From a virus, in the IMG/VR virus record IMGVR_UViG_3300030002_000008: a stretch of 64,000 nt of DNA; one strand, written 5' to 3'. Below the pieces are notes generated by a model. The model made no database searches. It was given only the letters and a program-made list of their open reading frames with translations, and was not told the origin of the DNA. How positions within the stretch are numbered: the first letter of the stretch is position 1; each line of letters starts with the position of its first letter. Below are positions 35,964 through 44,842 of this stretch, piece by piece. The translations under genes and the position numbers were made by a program.

Positions 35964-36158
35964 TTATTTATTTTGTCTTCTTAATTGTTTTTTATCGAAA
36001 TTATTAGAAAGTCTGGCGAATAGTTCATCTCTTTTGCTTACTTTCTTTATTTTTTCAGGAGCGTTGATAATTGAGTTTAATTCACCCATTATGCCTTGTA
36101 GTTGAGATCCTAATTCCTGAAGTCGGATAGCTGCTATTTTTTCCTTATCTACTGTCAT
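35964..36158 (-). CDS. hypothetical early protein
   Basis: 64 aa. Confidence 0.25.
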   Translation of the reverse strand: MTVDKEKIAAIRLQELGSQLQGIMGELNSIINAPEKIKKVSKRDELFARLSNNFDKKQLRRQNK

Positions 36159-36331
36159 GATCTAAATGAAATGAGAATAACATCGATTGCAAAATGCTTC
36201 ATAAGATTCTCCATTTTCAGAGTTCTTTTCAAAGTCTTCTTTTTGCATTACTGAAGCTATTGCGATAGGTCCGAAAACACATAATAAAATGAATGCTAAG
36301 AATAATAAGAATAGTATCATAGAAGTAGTAT

Positions 36332-36766
36332 TTAAGAGTATATTAGATAATCGATTAATAACTCACTTTCCATTTCCTTTAGTCTTCCGGATGTCCTTGT
36401 CCGGCTTGTTTTTTCAGTTCGGTTTTCTTTTGCTGAAATAGATCTTCTTCTATTCATTTTGCAATCCGAAAAGTAAAGTTGTGCTGAAAACAGGAAGAGA
36501 AGAGCGATACATCCAAGTTGTCGCTTAAGTGGGGAAAGATCCATTGATATATTGAATTCGTGGCAGAAAAACCATGCTGATAATTCATTTACTTTCGTGA
36601 CTCCTGTTTTTTCAAATACCTTTCTAAAAGTATTTTCAACCGTTCTGATTGATACGTGGAGTAGATTAGAAATATCCTTCTTAGTCGCTCCCCATGCAGC
36701 ATATTTCGTCATTTCAAATTCACGCTTACCAAGCTTAGCTGTCATATTCATATTTACACCCCCCAA
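36332..36766 (-). CDS. LuxR/GerE-type HTH transcriptional regulator
   Basis: ATKKDISNLLHVSIRTVENTFRKVFEKTGV, HTH typical of the LuxR family / sigma-70 region 4. The N-terminal start is uncertain. Confidence 0.4.
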   Translation of the reverse strand: MGGVNMNMTAKLGKREFEMTKYAAWGATKKDISNLLHVSIRTVENTFRKVFEKTGVTKVNELSAWFFCHEFNISMDLSPLKRQLGCIALLFLFSAQLYFSDCKMNRRRSISAKENRTEKTSRTRTSGRLKEMESELLIDYLIYS

Positions 36767-36966
36767 ATAGATTTAATCCCATGTGCTTTAAAGATCCTTT
36801 CGATTGCTTCAGCTTCAGAAACTCTAGGTTCAATTTCACCTTTTAGCCTCATACCCCATGCATAGCGGGTTGTGATACCCAATGCTTCCATAATTTCGGT
36901 CTTGACAATTTTAATGTCTTTCTGTTGTACTTGACCGAATCCTTTTTTAAATGAATACTTGTTCAT
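36754..36966 (-). CDS. Cro-like small HTH protein
   Basis: 70 aa (IMEALGITTRYAWGMRLKG). Divergent from the CI-like repressor. First gene of the minus-strand early block. Confidence 0.35.
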   Translation of the reverse strand: MNKYSFKKGFGQVQQKDIKIVKTEIMEALGITTRYAWGMRLKGEIEPRVSEAEAIERIFKAHGIKSIWGV

Positions 36967-37173
36967 ATATTTTGTAGTTTTTATTTTAATTTTTCGTTGT
37001 TATATTCAAATAATAGCGTATTTTTGCTATTTCATATTGTTTGTAGCTGCATTACATTTGCATATTCATTTATTACATGGTGCAAATATATACTAATGCT
37101 ATGTAACTACAAAATAATACATAGTATATCTATGCACGTTTAACTTTATTTATACTTCTGAAAATTTTAAAAA
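36967..37173. promoter_or_regulatory. divergent promoter/operator region of a lysogeny switch
   Basis: Plus-strand TAttTTTG at 37019-37026, upstream of the CI gene. Minus-strand -7 TAtaTTTG (plus coordinates 37083-37090) with -33 TTTG 19 nt away (37110-37113). Palindrome CTATGTA-N12-TACATAG at 37099-37124 overlaps the -33 element. Confidence 0.4.
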
Positions 37174-37836
37174 ATGGAAACTACAGTGAAACAAAGACTT
37201 ATAATTTTTTTGGCCTATAAGAAAATAGGCCAAAAAACGTTTGCTTTGTCATGTAATTTATCAGGAGGCTTTGTAAATAGTATAAGAAGCTCAATTCAAC
37301 CAAAAACTATGCATGCAATTGCCATGCAATATCCGGACTTAAATTCCGGTTGGTTATTGACTGGTGAGGGTGAAATGCTTAAAGAAAAATTAACCGATAA
37401 TTTATTAATAAGTGAACCTAAATTAAACTATGAAAAAAAAGGTGTTCCGTATTACGATGTTGACTTTATAGGAGGGTATGATATGGTAATAAATGACAAG
37501 ACAACAACTCCATCTTATTATATAGATTTTCAACAATATAATAAAGCTGATCACTGGGTAAATATAACCGGTCATTCAATGGAACCACTGATCTCACATG
37601 GTGACATGATAGCTATCAGAGAGCTTCAGGATTGGAATACATACTTGTTATCCGGTGAAATATATGTTGTGGTTACGGATGAGTATAGAACCGTTAAGAA
37701 GGTGCGAAAATCAGGAAAGGGAGATGATTACATCAGACTTGTACCCCTTAACTTGGAATTTGATGAACAGGATATTCCGAAATCAATTATAAGAAAGGTA
37801 TTCCAGGTTCTTGGAACGGCAAAGAAGATATTCTAA
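37174..37836 (+). CDS. CI-like repressor (HTH plus S24 LexA-type peptidase)
   Basis: 220 aa. N-terminal HTH with WLLTGEGEM. C-terminal ITGHSMEPLISHGDMIAI...KKVRK (S24 Ser/Lys dyad context). Confidence 0.75.
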   Translation: METTVKQRLIIFLAYKKIGQKTFALSCNLSGGFVNSIRSSIQPKTMHAIAMQYPDLNSGWLLTGEGEMLKEKLTDNLLISEPKLNYEKKGVPYYDVDFIGGYDMVINDKTTTPSYYIDFQQYNKADHWVNITGHSMEPLISHGDMIAIRELQDWNTYLLSGEIYVVVTDEYRTVKKVRKSGKGDDYIRLVPLNLEFDEQDIPKSIIRKVFQVLGTAKKIF

Positions 37837-38082
37837 TGTATAAGCCCTCAAAATTAAACTGGATCCCGGATAGGTTATTTAAAATACTTATTGCAGTATT
37901 AGCAATTGGGGCGATAATCAGATTAATATACGAATTAATTAAACTAATGATATAGACCTATGTCAGATAATATCGAGAATTTAAAAATCATTGCTCTTCA
38001 GAAAAAACTAATTGAAGATCAAAATAGTGAAATATCAGTTCTCGAGCAAGAAGTTGCACTTCTAAATTTCGAGTTAAATTCC

Positions 38083-38260
38083 GTACATGCACCAGTACAT
38101 AAAGTACATGAATACTCAGCATCTATATAAAAATTAGTTATTGATAATCAATCAATTAAAAATTGAAAAATACGCTTTGTGAAGTCTCATCCTGCGTACT
38201 TTTACATATTTAGGTCTGATTATCAATGCATAAATAAAAAAAGTACATAAAACAGTACAT
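38083..38260 (+). repeat. five same-orientation GTACAT(AA) repeats directly upstream of the integrase
   Basis: GTACAT at 38083, 38095, 38104, 38243, 38255. AGTACATAA occurs three times. The last copy ends 8 nt before the integrase ATG. Confidence 0.5.
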
Positions 38261-38267
38261 AATTATT

Positions 38268-39395
38268 ATGATTAATCGGAATTATACCACACCTAAATTA
38301 AACAATTGCAAGGGCGATCTATCTAAATCCTGGTATATCTATTTTGTTTTCGAATACGAAGGAGAAAAGAAACAATTTCGAGTTAAAGATGGGATTAATT
38401 TTCTTAAGACAAAAAAAGAGCGAGAAGAATTTGCCTCCGTCTTAATTAATATATACGTCTTACGACTAAAAGAGGGATGGAACCCATTCACCAAAGAAAT
38501 AAAGGAAGAAATACCTGATATTACCATCTCTCAGGCTCTTGATGATATACTATCAGTAAAGAAGAGCTATATAACCCCCCGGTCCTATAAGACCTATAAG
38601 GATGAAATAAACCTTTTCAAGAAATGGCTTGTAATTGCCAAATTCGATAAACTATTTGTTCACAATTTTACTAATAAGCAGGCCCGGGGGTACTTCGATT
38701 GGCTACTTAAAGTAAAAAAATATTGTGGTAAAACTCACAACGGTCATTTAAGTATTCTCAGCACTTTTTTTAATTCTTTTGTTGAACGTCAGCTTATAAC
38801 TGAAAGCCCTATAAAAGGAATTAAGAAAGTCAGACAGGATACTGGGAAAAACATTACTTACTCACCGGTAGAAGAACAGAAGTTCATTAAATACACTTAT
38901 ACAAATGATAAACCATTTTACTACGCAACCCGTTTTGTTAAATATGGGTTCTTTCGTCGTACAGAATTAGGGTTACTTCAAATTAAACATATCAAATGGG
39001 AAAATAAAACCATTGTTATTCCTTCAGAGAACTCAAAGGGGAGGGATCAAAACAGCGTTACAATTCCGGAGTCGTTGGAAAAGATTATTATTGAAATGAA
39101 TATACTTGAGTTGGATCCGGAACTTTATATTTTTGGCGAATATTTTAAACCAAATACGGAACCTATTAAAATGATCGAGTATTTTTCTAAAACTCAACGA
39201 GAAATTAATAAACTTATCGAAGTTCCATCAAAAGGATTCTATGCGTGGAAGCATACGGGCTGTATAGAACTTTATAATATTGTAAAAGATCCTTATGTTA
39301 TTATGAGGCAATGTAGACATTCAAATATTAAAGATACAATGACATATTTACGATCATTGGGTTGTGGAGTAAATGAAGAAGTTAGGAGATGGTAA
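38268..39395 (+). CDS. int: tyrosine-type site-specific integrase
   Basis: 375 aa. C-terminal catalytic region ...AWKHTGCIELY...MRQCRHSNIKDTMTYLR (H-x-x-R, H, Y pattern). Bacteroidetes-style N-terminal domain. Confidence 0.75.
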   Translation: MINRNYTTPKLNNCKGDLSKSWYIYFVFEYEGEKKQFRVKDGINFLKTKKEREEFASVLINIYVLRLKEGWNPFTKEIKEEIPDITISQALDDILSVKKSYITPRSYKTYKDEINLFKKWLVIAKFDKLFVHNFTNKQARGYFDWLLKVKKYCGKTHNGHLSILSTFFNSFVERQLITESPIKGIKKVRQDTGKNITYSPVEEQKFIKYTYTNDKPFYYATRFVKYGFFRRTELGLLQIKHIKWENKTIVIPSENSKGRDQNSVTIPESLEKIIIEMNILELDPELYIFGEYFKPNTEPIKMIEYFSKTQREINKLIEVPSKGFYAWKHTGCIELYNIVKDPYVIMRQCRHSNIKDTMTYLRSLGCGVNEEVRRW

Positions 39396-39424
39396 AAAAA
39401 TAATTTAAAAATAATTGCGTGAAT

Positions 39425-39456
39425 GTTTGGTGAATAAAAAATAACCTCTATCTTTG
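39425..39456 (+). promoter_or_regulatory. Bacteroides-type promoter (TTTG-N20-TAtcTTTG)
   Basis: TTTG at 39425-39428 and TATCTTTG at 39449-39456, with spacing that fits the Bacteroidetes sigma-A -33/-7 consensus. Confidence 0.4.
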
Positions 39457-39467
39457 CAAAATCAAAT

Positions 39468-39510
39468 GCGAGTTATATTTCTTAGAAATAAGAGGTGTAA
39501 CTCGCTTTTT
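39468..39510 (+). terminator. hairpin plus T5 immediately downstream of the promoter (short RNA / attenuator / integrase terminator)
   Basis: GCGAGTTA-TATTTC-tta-GAAATA-agaggtg-TAACTCGC then TTTTT. Confidence 0.45.
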
Positions 39511-39691
39511 GCGTTATATCTACCTCTGTTTTTCTACATAACACCCTCACACTAAGCCGGGAATCATAATAATGATTCCATGAAAGCGACTAAAATTCTT
39601 AAATTACATTCACTTATAGGACAAAATAACCACCTCAATTTTACAGAACGTCAAAACCGATGCTCTGTCATTCTTATGTCAAAAAATTAAT

Positions 39692-39874
39692 ATGAATACA
39701 CGACTATTAATCAGAGCTCTTTGTAGATATCGAAAGAGCAAACAAGAAGCTTTAAAAATTAACATAAAGCACGGAAGAACTGATTTATCTGATAAAAATA
39801 TACGTCAGATTTTAGAGATAGACACTTCTATTGATGAGTTGGAAAATCAGCTAATCGAAGAAAGATTAAATTAA
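39692..39874 (+). CDS. hypothetical early protein (phage 2)
   Basis: 60 aa. Confidence 0.25.
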   Translation: MNTRLLIRALCRYRKSKQEALKINIKHGRTDLSDKNIRQILEIDTSIDELENQLIEERLN

Positions 39875-39875
39875 T

Positions 39876-40151
39876 ATGAATCTAAACTTTAATAATCCAA
39901 TTTCTATCACGGGTACCCGGTTAACTCCATTACCAAAACAAAACATTTCAGCAGTCAATTACAATAAGAAATTTACTTTATGGTTAATCGAAAATGCAAA
40001 ATTAGAGTGTAAAGGTAAGGATCATTTGACGCTTTTACTCAGCTTTATAAAGCCGAATAAGCGTGGTGAAATTACAGTTTTTGATAAAGACAATTTAAAC
40101 ATGGTCCTATTTGGATCAGTAAACATTAAAATAGATTATGAAAATATGTAG
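39876..40151 (+). CDS. hypothetical early protein
   Basis: 91 aa. Confidence 0.25.
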   Translation: MNLNFNNPISITGTRLTPLPKQNISAVNYNKKFTLWLIENAKLECKGKDHLTLLLSFIKPNKRGEITVFDKDNLNMVLFGSVNIKIDYENM

Positions 40152-40521
40152 TAGTTGTGGAGAACCAAAAGCGGACTCCGAATTTATAAGAAGATGTGGT
40201 CGATGTAAACATTGTCTATACCTTGAAAATCTAGCCTGGAGAGAAAAGAACAAAGATAAGGTGAGCAAATTTAATGCTTCTCGTTATAAAACCAATCACT
40301 CCGTAACAATCAATAAAATTTCAAAGATACCGGTTAAAGAAAAACCGATCAAAGAAATAAAAGTGAAAATTATAAAACCTGAACGCCCAAAATCTAAAAA
40401 GGTGACCATGGTACGAGTTCATTCAACAGAGAATAGGAGCGTAAAGCTCGTAAATAACCATTGGGAAAAACAGTTACTTGAAATTAAGAACAGGGTAAAA
40501 GTTTGGGAGGATCAGCAATAA
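40138..40521 (+). CDS. zinc-finger protein, Lys-rich
   Basis: 127 aa. N-terminal CSSCG...CGRCKHC, then a basic K-rich tail. Confidence 0.3.
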   Translation: MKICSSCGEPKADSEFIRRCGRCKHCLYLENLAWREKNKDKVSKFNASRYKTNHSVTINKISKIPVKEKPIKEIKVKIIKPERPKSKKVTMVRVHSTENRSVKLVNNHWEKQLLEIKNRVKVWEDQQ

Positions 40522-40832
40522 TGAGACAAATATCAGTAAAACAAGCTTCAAAAAATTATACGCTTGCAAAAATAAAAAAAAGATTAATAGCAAAGAACGG
40601 ATGTACATGCGTGATATGTCAGAGACGCGGAGAAGACTTAATGCATTTATTACCTAAAAGTATTTACCCTGAATACTATTTAAAGCCTGAAAATTTAGTT
40701 ATTGGCTGTCGATCATGTCATAATCAGTTTGACGATCAACAGAACTTTAGAAAGCTTCAAATTGACCTTTATGAGCAGGTGTGCACGTTTGATGTACTTA
40801 ACGCTTCCCGATATTTTGGATTTAATAACTAA
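40521..40832 (+). CDS. HNH endonuclease
   Basis: Start at MRQISVKQ. CTCVICQRRGEDLMHLLPKS...NLVIGCRSCHNQFDD matches HNH (C-x2-C...H...N...C-x2-CH). Confidence 0.5.
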   Translation: MRQISVKQASKNYTLAKIKKRLIAKNGCTCVICQRRGEDLMHLLPKSIYPEYYLKPENLVIGCRSCHNQFDDQQNFRKLQIDLYEQVCTFDVLNASRYFGFNN

Positions 40833-40850
40833 CAATTAAAAATAAACACA

Positions 40851-41954
40851 ATGAAAATTACAGTTTCTAAAAATGAGCTACTAAAAAAGCTCCTGATGGT
40901 TAGAAAAATCATCACAACGAGTAAAACAACTCCTGATCTTGAATTTTTCAAGTTTGATTGTGGTGAGCATCTCAGAGTAACCGGTTCGGATATCAATGGA
41001 TCAATTACTGCTTCGATAGATTGCAAAATTGAGAACCTTGAACTATTCACACTTCTTATCGATGCAAAGATCATGATTGATGCATTAAAAGAATTATCTG
41101 AACAACCGATCGAAATTGATGTAAAAGGTTCTAAGGTGACTGTAATCTACCATAACGGTACATTTGAACTCATTGGAGGTAATGCGAACTCTTATCCTGT
41201 TGTTACCATTCCTGAAGATGCTTTTCCTATCGTAATCGAAAAACAAAAGTTAATCGATGGAATTAAATCAGTCTCTTTATTCACGGCTACCGATGAACTT
41301 CGCCCGGTTATGTCAGGAGTAAACATTCAATCAAAAGATGGTGTCCTTACTTTTGTTGCCACCGATGCAACGAAATTAGGAATCCATGAATACGAATCGG
41401 ATTATCCGGATTTCAGTTCAATTATTCCTAAAAAAACTGCTAAACTGATTTGCGATCTGATTTCTGAAATGAAAGAAGATACACTCACCCTCACCATTTC
41501 CTCTAAAAATATTTCTCTAAACACCGGTGTATACTCCCTTATTTATAGACTCATTGAGGGTCGTTATCCTAACTTTAGAGGCGTAATACCTCAGAATAAT
41601 CCTATCGAGTTACAAACGAATCGAAGTGATTTAATGGGATGTATTCGCCGTATATCGGTATTCTCAAACAAAAATACATCACTTATAAAACTTGATCTAA
41701 GTTCTGACAGTTTGAAAATCAATTCTCAGGATATCGATTTTAGTTTGGCAGCTGAAGAACTATTGAAAGTAGATTATTCCGGAGATCCACTGACTATCGG
41801 GTTTAGTGGAACTGCGCTTCTCGAGGTGCTTGGATCAATTAGCTCCGAGGAATGTTTACTCACGTTCTCAACACCTGGAAAGGCGGCTCTAGTCACTCCT
41901 ATGGGAGTTGAAGGAATTACTTTACTTATTATGCCAACTCTCGTAAATAACTAA
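40851..41954 (+). CDS. dnaN: DNA polymerase III beta sliding clamp
   Basis: 367 aa, the three-domain clamp size. N-terminus MKITVSKNELLKKLLMVRKII resembles DnaN starts. Repeated domain-like organisation. Confidence 0.55.
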   Translation: MKITVSKNELLKKLLMVRKIITTSKTTPDLEFFKFDCGEHLRVTGSDINGSITASIDCKIENLELFTLLIDAKIMIDALKELSEQPIEIDVKGSKVTVIYHNGTFELIGGNANSYPVVTIPEDAFPIVIEKQKLIDGIKSVSLFTATDELRPVMSGVNIQSKDGVLTFVATDATKLGIHEYESDYPDFSSIIPKKTAKLICDLISEMKEDTLTLTISSKNISLNTGVYSLIYRLIEGRYPNFRGVIPQNNPIELQTNRSDLMGCIRRISVFSNKNTSLIKLDLSSDSLKINSQDIDFSLAAEELLKVDYSGDPLTIGFSGTALLEVLGSISSEECLLTFSTPGKAALVTPMGVEGITLLIMPTLVNN

Positions 41955-41958
41955 AATT

Positions 41959-42345
41959 ATGTCAAAAGCAACTAACCCTTTTAAAAATACTATTAAATTA
42001 TTTCTTGAAAATAAAGCGCAAACAGACACCCTGTTTGCGCCAAAATTCAAGAATACCGCAAAGAATATTGAAGATTGCGTAACATATATCCTCAATACCG
42101 TACAGAAAAGTGGAAATAACGGATTTACAGACGATGAAATCTTTGGAATGGCAATTCATTACTATGACGAGGAATCAATCGAAGTAGGAAAGCCGGTTAA
42201 CTGTAAGGTAGTAGTTAATCACTCAGTGGCTAATGAAGAAAAAGAGTCGAGGAATGAAGAAATTAAATCCATTAAAAAGAAAATGGGTAAAAAAGACTCA
42301 GGAATAATCAAGTTAAGTTTATTTGACGATGAAAGCGAAGACTAA
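41959..42345 (+). CDS. hypothetical protein
   Basis: 128 aa. Acidic C-terminus. Confidence 0.3.
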   Translation: MSKATNPFKNTIKLFLENKAQTDTLFAPKFKNTAKNIEDCVTYILNTVQKSGNNGFTDDEIFGMAIHYYDEESIEVGKPVNCKVVVNHSVANEEKESRNEEIKSIKKKMGKKDSGIIKLSLFDDESED

Positions 42346-43744
42346 ACTCCAGGTTGAGGTTATGAGCCTCACTAAACAATTACCTTATATCGAGGATAAA
42401 GTCCTTTCATGGGCCAAGGTTGAATGTTTGAAGCACATAGGTTATGCAACCAAGAACCGAGTTATTTGCATGGATTGCGGACAAAAATTCTCTACTGAAT
42501 TAGTGAGTCGCAATAAGGCCGTTTGTCCTTATTGCAAAACAAAACTAGTTATTGAACAATCTAAATGCAGAACCAATAAGCAGGATATCTATGTAGCCTA
42601 CGCACAAGTTTGCGGTGAATTTCAGGTTATAAGGAATTTTGAACTTATTTCATATCATAAATCTGATAATCAGGTCTATTATTATTTTATCGAAGTACTT
42701 CAACATTGGATCAAGTCAGATAAAAAACGTGAAGTAGTTGCACTGAACCATACGCAAAATGGATACATTGATTCCTGGAATGGAACTATGGAAATAAGAA
42801 AGAATTATCGTAATAATTACTATTACAATGCGGACAAATACGATATCTATCCTGTAAAACTTCATCCGAGTTCGAAATTCAAACCGGAATATGTCAAATA
42901 TGGTATTGATAGAAATTTAAGTGGAATAACTTCACTGGAAGCTATCAGTTATATTTCTAAAAATCCAAAGTGCGAAACTCTTTTAAAAGCTAAACAGTAT
43001 TCTTTACTCTCGTTATCTCTTGACAGAAGTTTTACAACAACTAAAACAAATACTTATTGGGACTCAATTAAAATTTGCATGAGAAACAAGTATATAGTTA
43101 AGGATGCTAATATATGGTTCGATTACCTGGATTTGCTCAAGTACTTTAAAAAAGATCTTAATAACGCTTATTATGTTTGTCCAAAAGACCTGAATAAACA
43201 ACATGATATTTATGTCAAGCGCAAAGGTAAGATCATGGATTTCGAACGAATGCAGCGTGATTACCTGTCACTACTAAAATATTATGGTAAACCGGCTGGT
43301 AAAGACTTTATTTATCCAAGAAATTTAAAGGCGGAATATAAGATTTTAAACGACAGGAAAAAACTTGAAGGACTAGAAAAAAAGAAAAAGGAATTATCGA
43401 AATTGGATATCAAATATAAGAAATTTATTGAAAAGTTTTTGAATATCGAAATGCTCGATAAGGAAATTGAAATTAGTCCTTTGAAATCAGTCGAAGAATT
43501 TTACACAGAAGGCTTAACAATGAATCATTGCGTATATACCAATTCATATTATGAAAAACCAGAATCGCTCATTTTAAGTGCTCATATCAAAAACGAACCT
43601 ATTGAAACCGTAGAAGTATCGCTAAAGAGCTTTAAAGTTGTACAGAGCCGTGGAAAGTTCAATAAAGATACTAAATATCACGATCGGATTATAAAGCTTG
43701 TAAATCGTAATATAAGTAAAATTAAAAAACTTCAAATCGCTTAA
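42323..43744 (+). CDS. PcfJ-like protein (N-terminal zinc ribbon)
   Basis: 473 aa. CMDCGQKF...CPYCKTK zinc ribbon then a large conserved-looking body ending ...MNHCVYTNSYY. The family assignment is tentative. Confidence 0.3.
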   Translation: MTMKAKTKLQVEVMSLTKQLPYIEDKVLSWAKVECLKHIGYATKNRVICMDCGQKFSTELVSRNKAVCPYCKTKLVIEQSKCRTNKQDIYVAYAQVCGEFQVIRNFELISYHKSDNQVYYYFIEVLQHWIKSDKKREVVALNHTQNGYIDSWNGTMEIRKNYRNNYYYNADKYDIYPVKLHPSSKFKPEYVKYGIDRNLSGITSLEAISYISKNPKCETLLKAKQYSLLSLSLDRSFTTTKTNTYWDSIKICMRNKYIVKDANIWFDYLDLLKYFKKDLNNAYYVCPKDLNKQHDIYVKRKGKIMDFERMQRDYLSLLKYYGKPAGKDFIYPRNLKAEYKILNDRKKLEGLEKKKKELSKLDIKYKKFIEKFLNIEMLDKEIEISPLKSVEEFYTEGLTMNHCVYTNSYYEKPESLILSAHIKNEPIETVEVSLKSFKVVQSRGKFNKDTKYHDRIIKLVNRNISKIKKLQIA

Positions 43745-43847
43745 CAATGGATGATTTAAGCGGTCCTCAAAGAGTGGGTGATGTAATACTCACTTTATAT
43801 CCTGAATTAAAAAATAAAAAGAAATTTAATACTCTAAAATAAACAAA

Positions 43848-44039
43848 ATGGTAACAACGATTTTAAGATTTGAAGACGACGTGGATTATTCAGAAATAAA
43901 AAAATCAGAAAATGGTATTGAAATAGGAACTGGTTCTCTTGGTGATTTTCAAGCTTGGTCGTCAGTGGAATTAAATCCTGACCAAATAAAAGATTTGATT
44001 CTATTTTTGAAAAAAGAACTTGATAACTTAGATAAATAA
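43848..44039 (+). CDS. hypothetical protein
   Basis: 63 aa, acidic. Confidence 0.25.
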   Translation: MVTTILRFEDDVDYSEIKKSENGIEIGTGSLGDFQAWSSVELNPDQIKDLILFLKKELDNLDK

Positions 44040-44041
44040 TA

Positions 44042-44842
44042 ATGGCTCTAAGAGATCAACCATATTTACCTTTATTTATTCAGGACTTTCTAACCGATGA
44101 AAAACTTGCTGAATGTTCAGCGAGTGCTACCGGCGTTTATATCCGGCTTATGTGTTTAATGCATAAGTCGGATGATTACGGTAAAATTTTGCTTAAGCAA
44201 AAATATAAAAAGAGTAATAATCCGGTAATGAATTTTGCTTCACAAATTGCAAAACAAATGCCTTACGATTTCCAAACTGTGACTAACGCACTTGTGGAAT
44301 TATTAGATGAAAAAGTTCTAATAATGGAGGGTGAAGTTATAATCCAAAAGAGAATGGTTAAAGACAATGCATTAAGTGAAAAACGATCTTCAGCAGGTAA
44401 AAAAGGAGGAGATAAAACTCTTGGTAAACATGAAAATTTTGCTCAAGCAAATGCTCAAGCAAAAGTGCAAGCAAACTCTGAATATGAATATGAAGATGAA
44501 AGTATTATTAAAAGTAAAGAAAGTAATAGTATTGCGGAAAATTTAATTTTTCAACAATATCAAGTAATTCCAATTGATAAATTACTCGATTGTATGCTAT
44601 CAGATGATCAATGGGTACAGGATATTGCAAGAATTCATCATCTATCAACGGATTACGACAAAGCAATTAAATATTCTAAAGAGTGGATTTCTTTGTATGT
44701 TGATAAATTAAGAGGCGATAACGTAAAAGAAAAGCCTATAAATGAGTGTTTTGGACATTGTTCCAATTGGATTAAACAAGAAAAAAATAGACAAAACAAT
44801 GGAAAACAACAACAGGAAAAAACGAACGTCTTCGTCGCCTAG
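44042..44842 (+). CDS. putative replication initiator / replisome organizer
   Basis: 266 aa. Immediately upstream of, and overlapping, the DnaB helicase gene. Call is by position. Confidence 0.3.
   Translation: MALRDQPYLPLFIQDFLTDEKLAECSASATGVYIRLMCLMHKSDDYGKILLKQKYKKSNNPVMNFASQIAKQMPYDFQTVTNALVELLDEKVLIMEGEVIIQKRMVKDNALSEKRSSAGKKGGDKTLGKHENFAQANAQAKVQANSEYEYEDESIIKSKESNSIAENLIFQQYQVIPIDKLLDCMLSDDQWVQDIARIHHLSTDYDKAIKYSKEWISLYVDKLRGDNVKEKPINECFGHCSNWIKQEKNRQNNGKQQQEKTNVFVA

Noticed and set aside
35919-39481. Shared 15-mer TGCGAGTTATATTTC at 35918-35932 and 39467-39481
   Set aside because: About 3-4 such 15-mer coincidences are expected by chance in 64 kb of AT-rich DNA when both strands are considered. 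The flanks do not extend the match.
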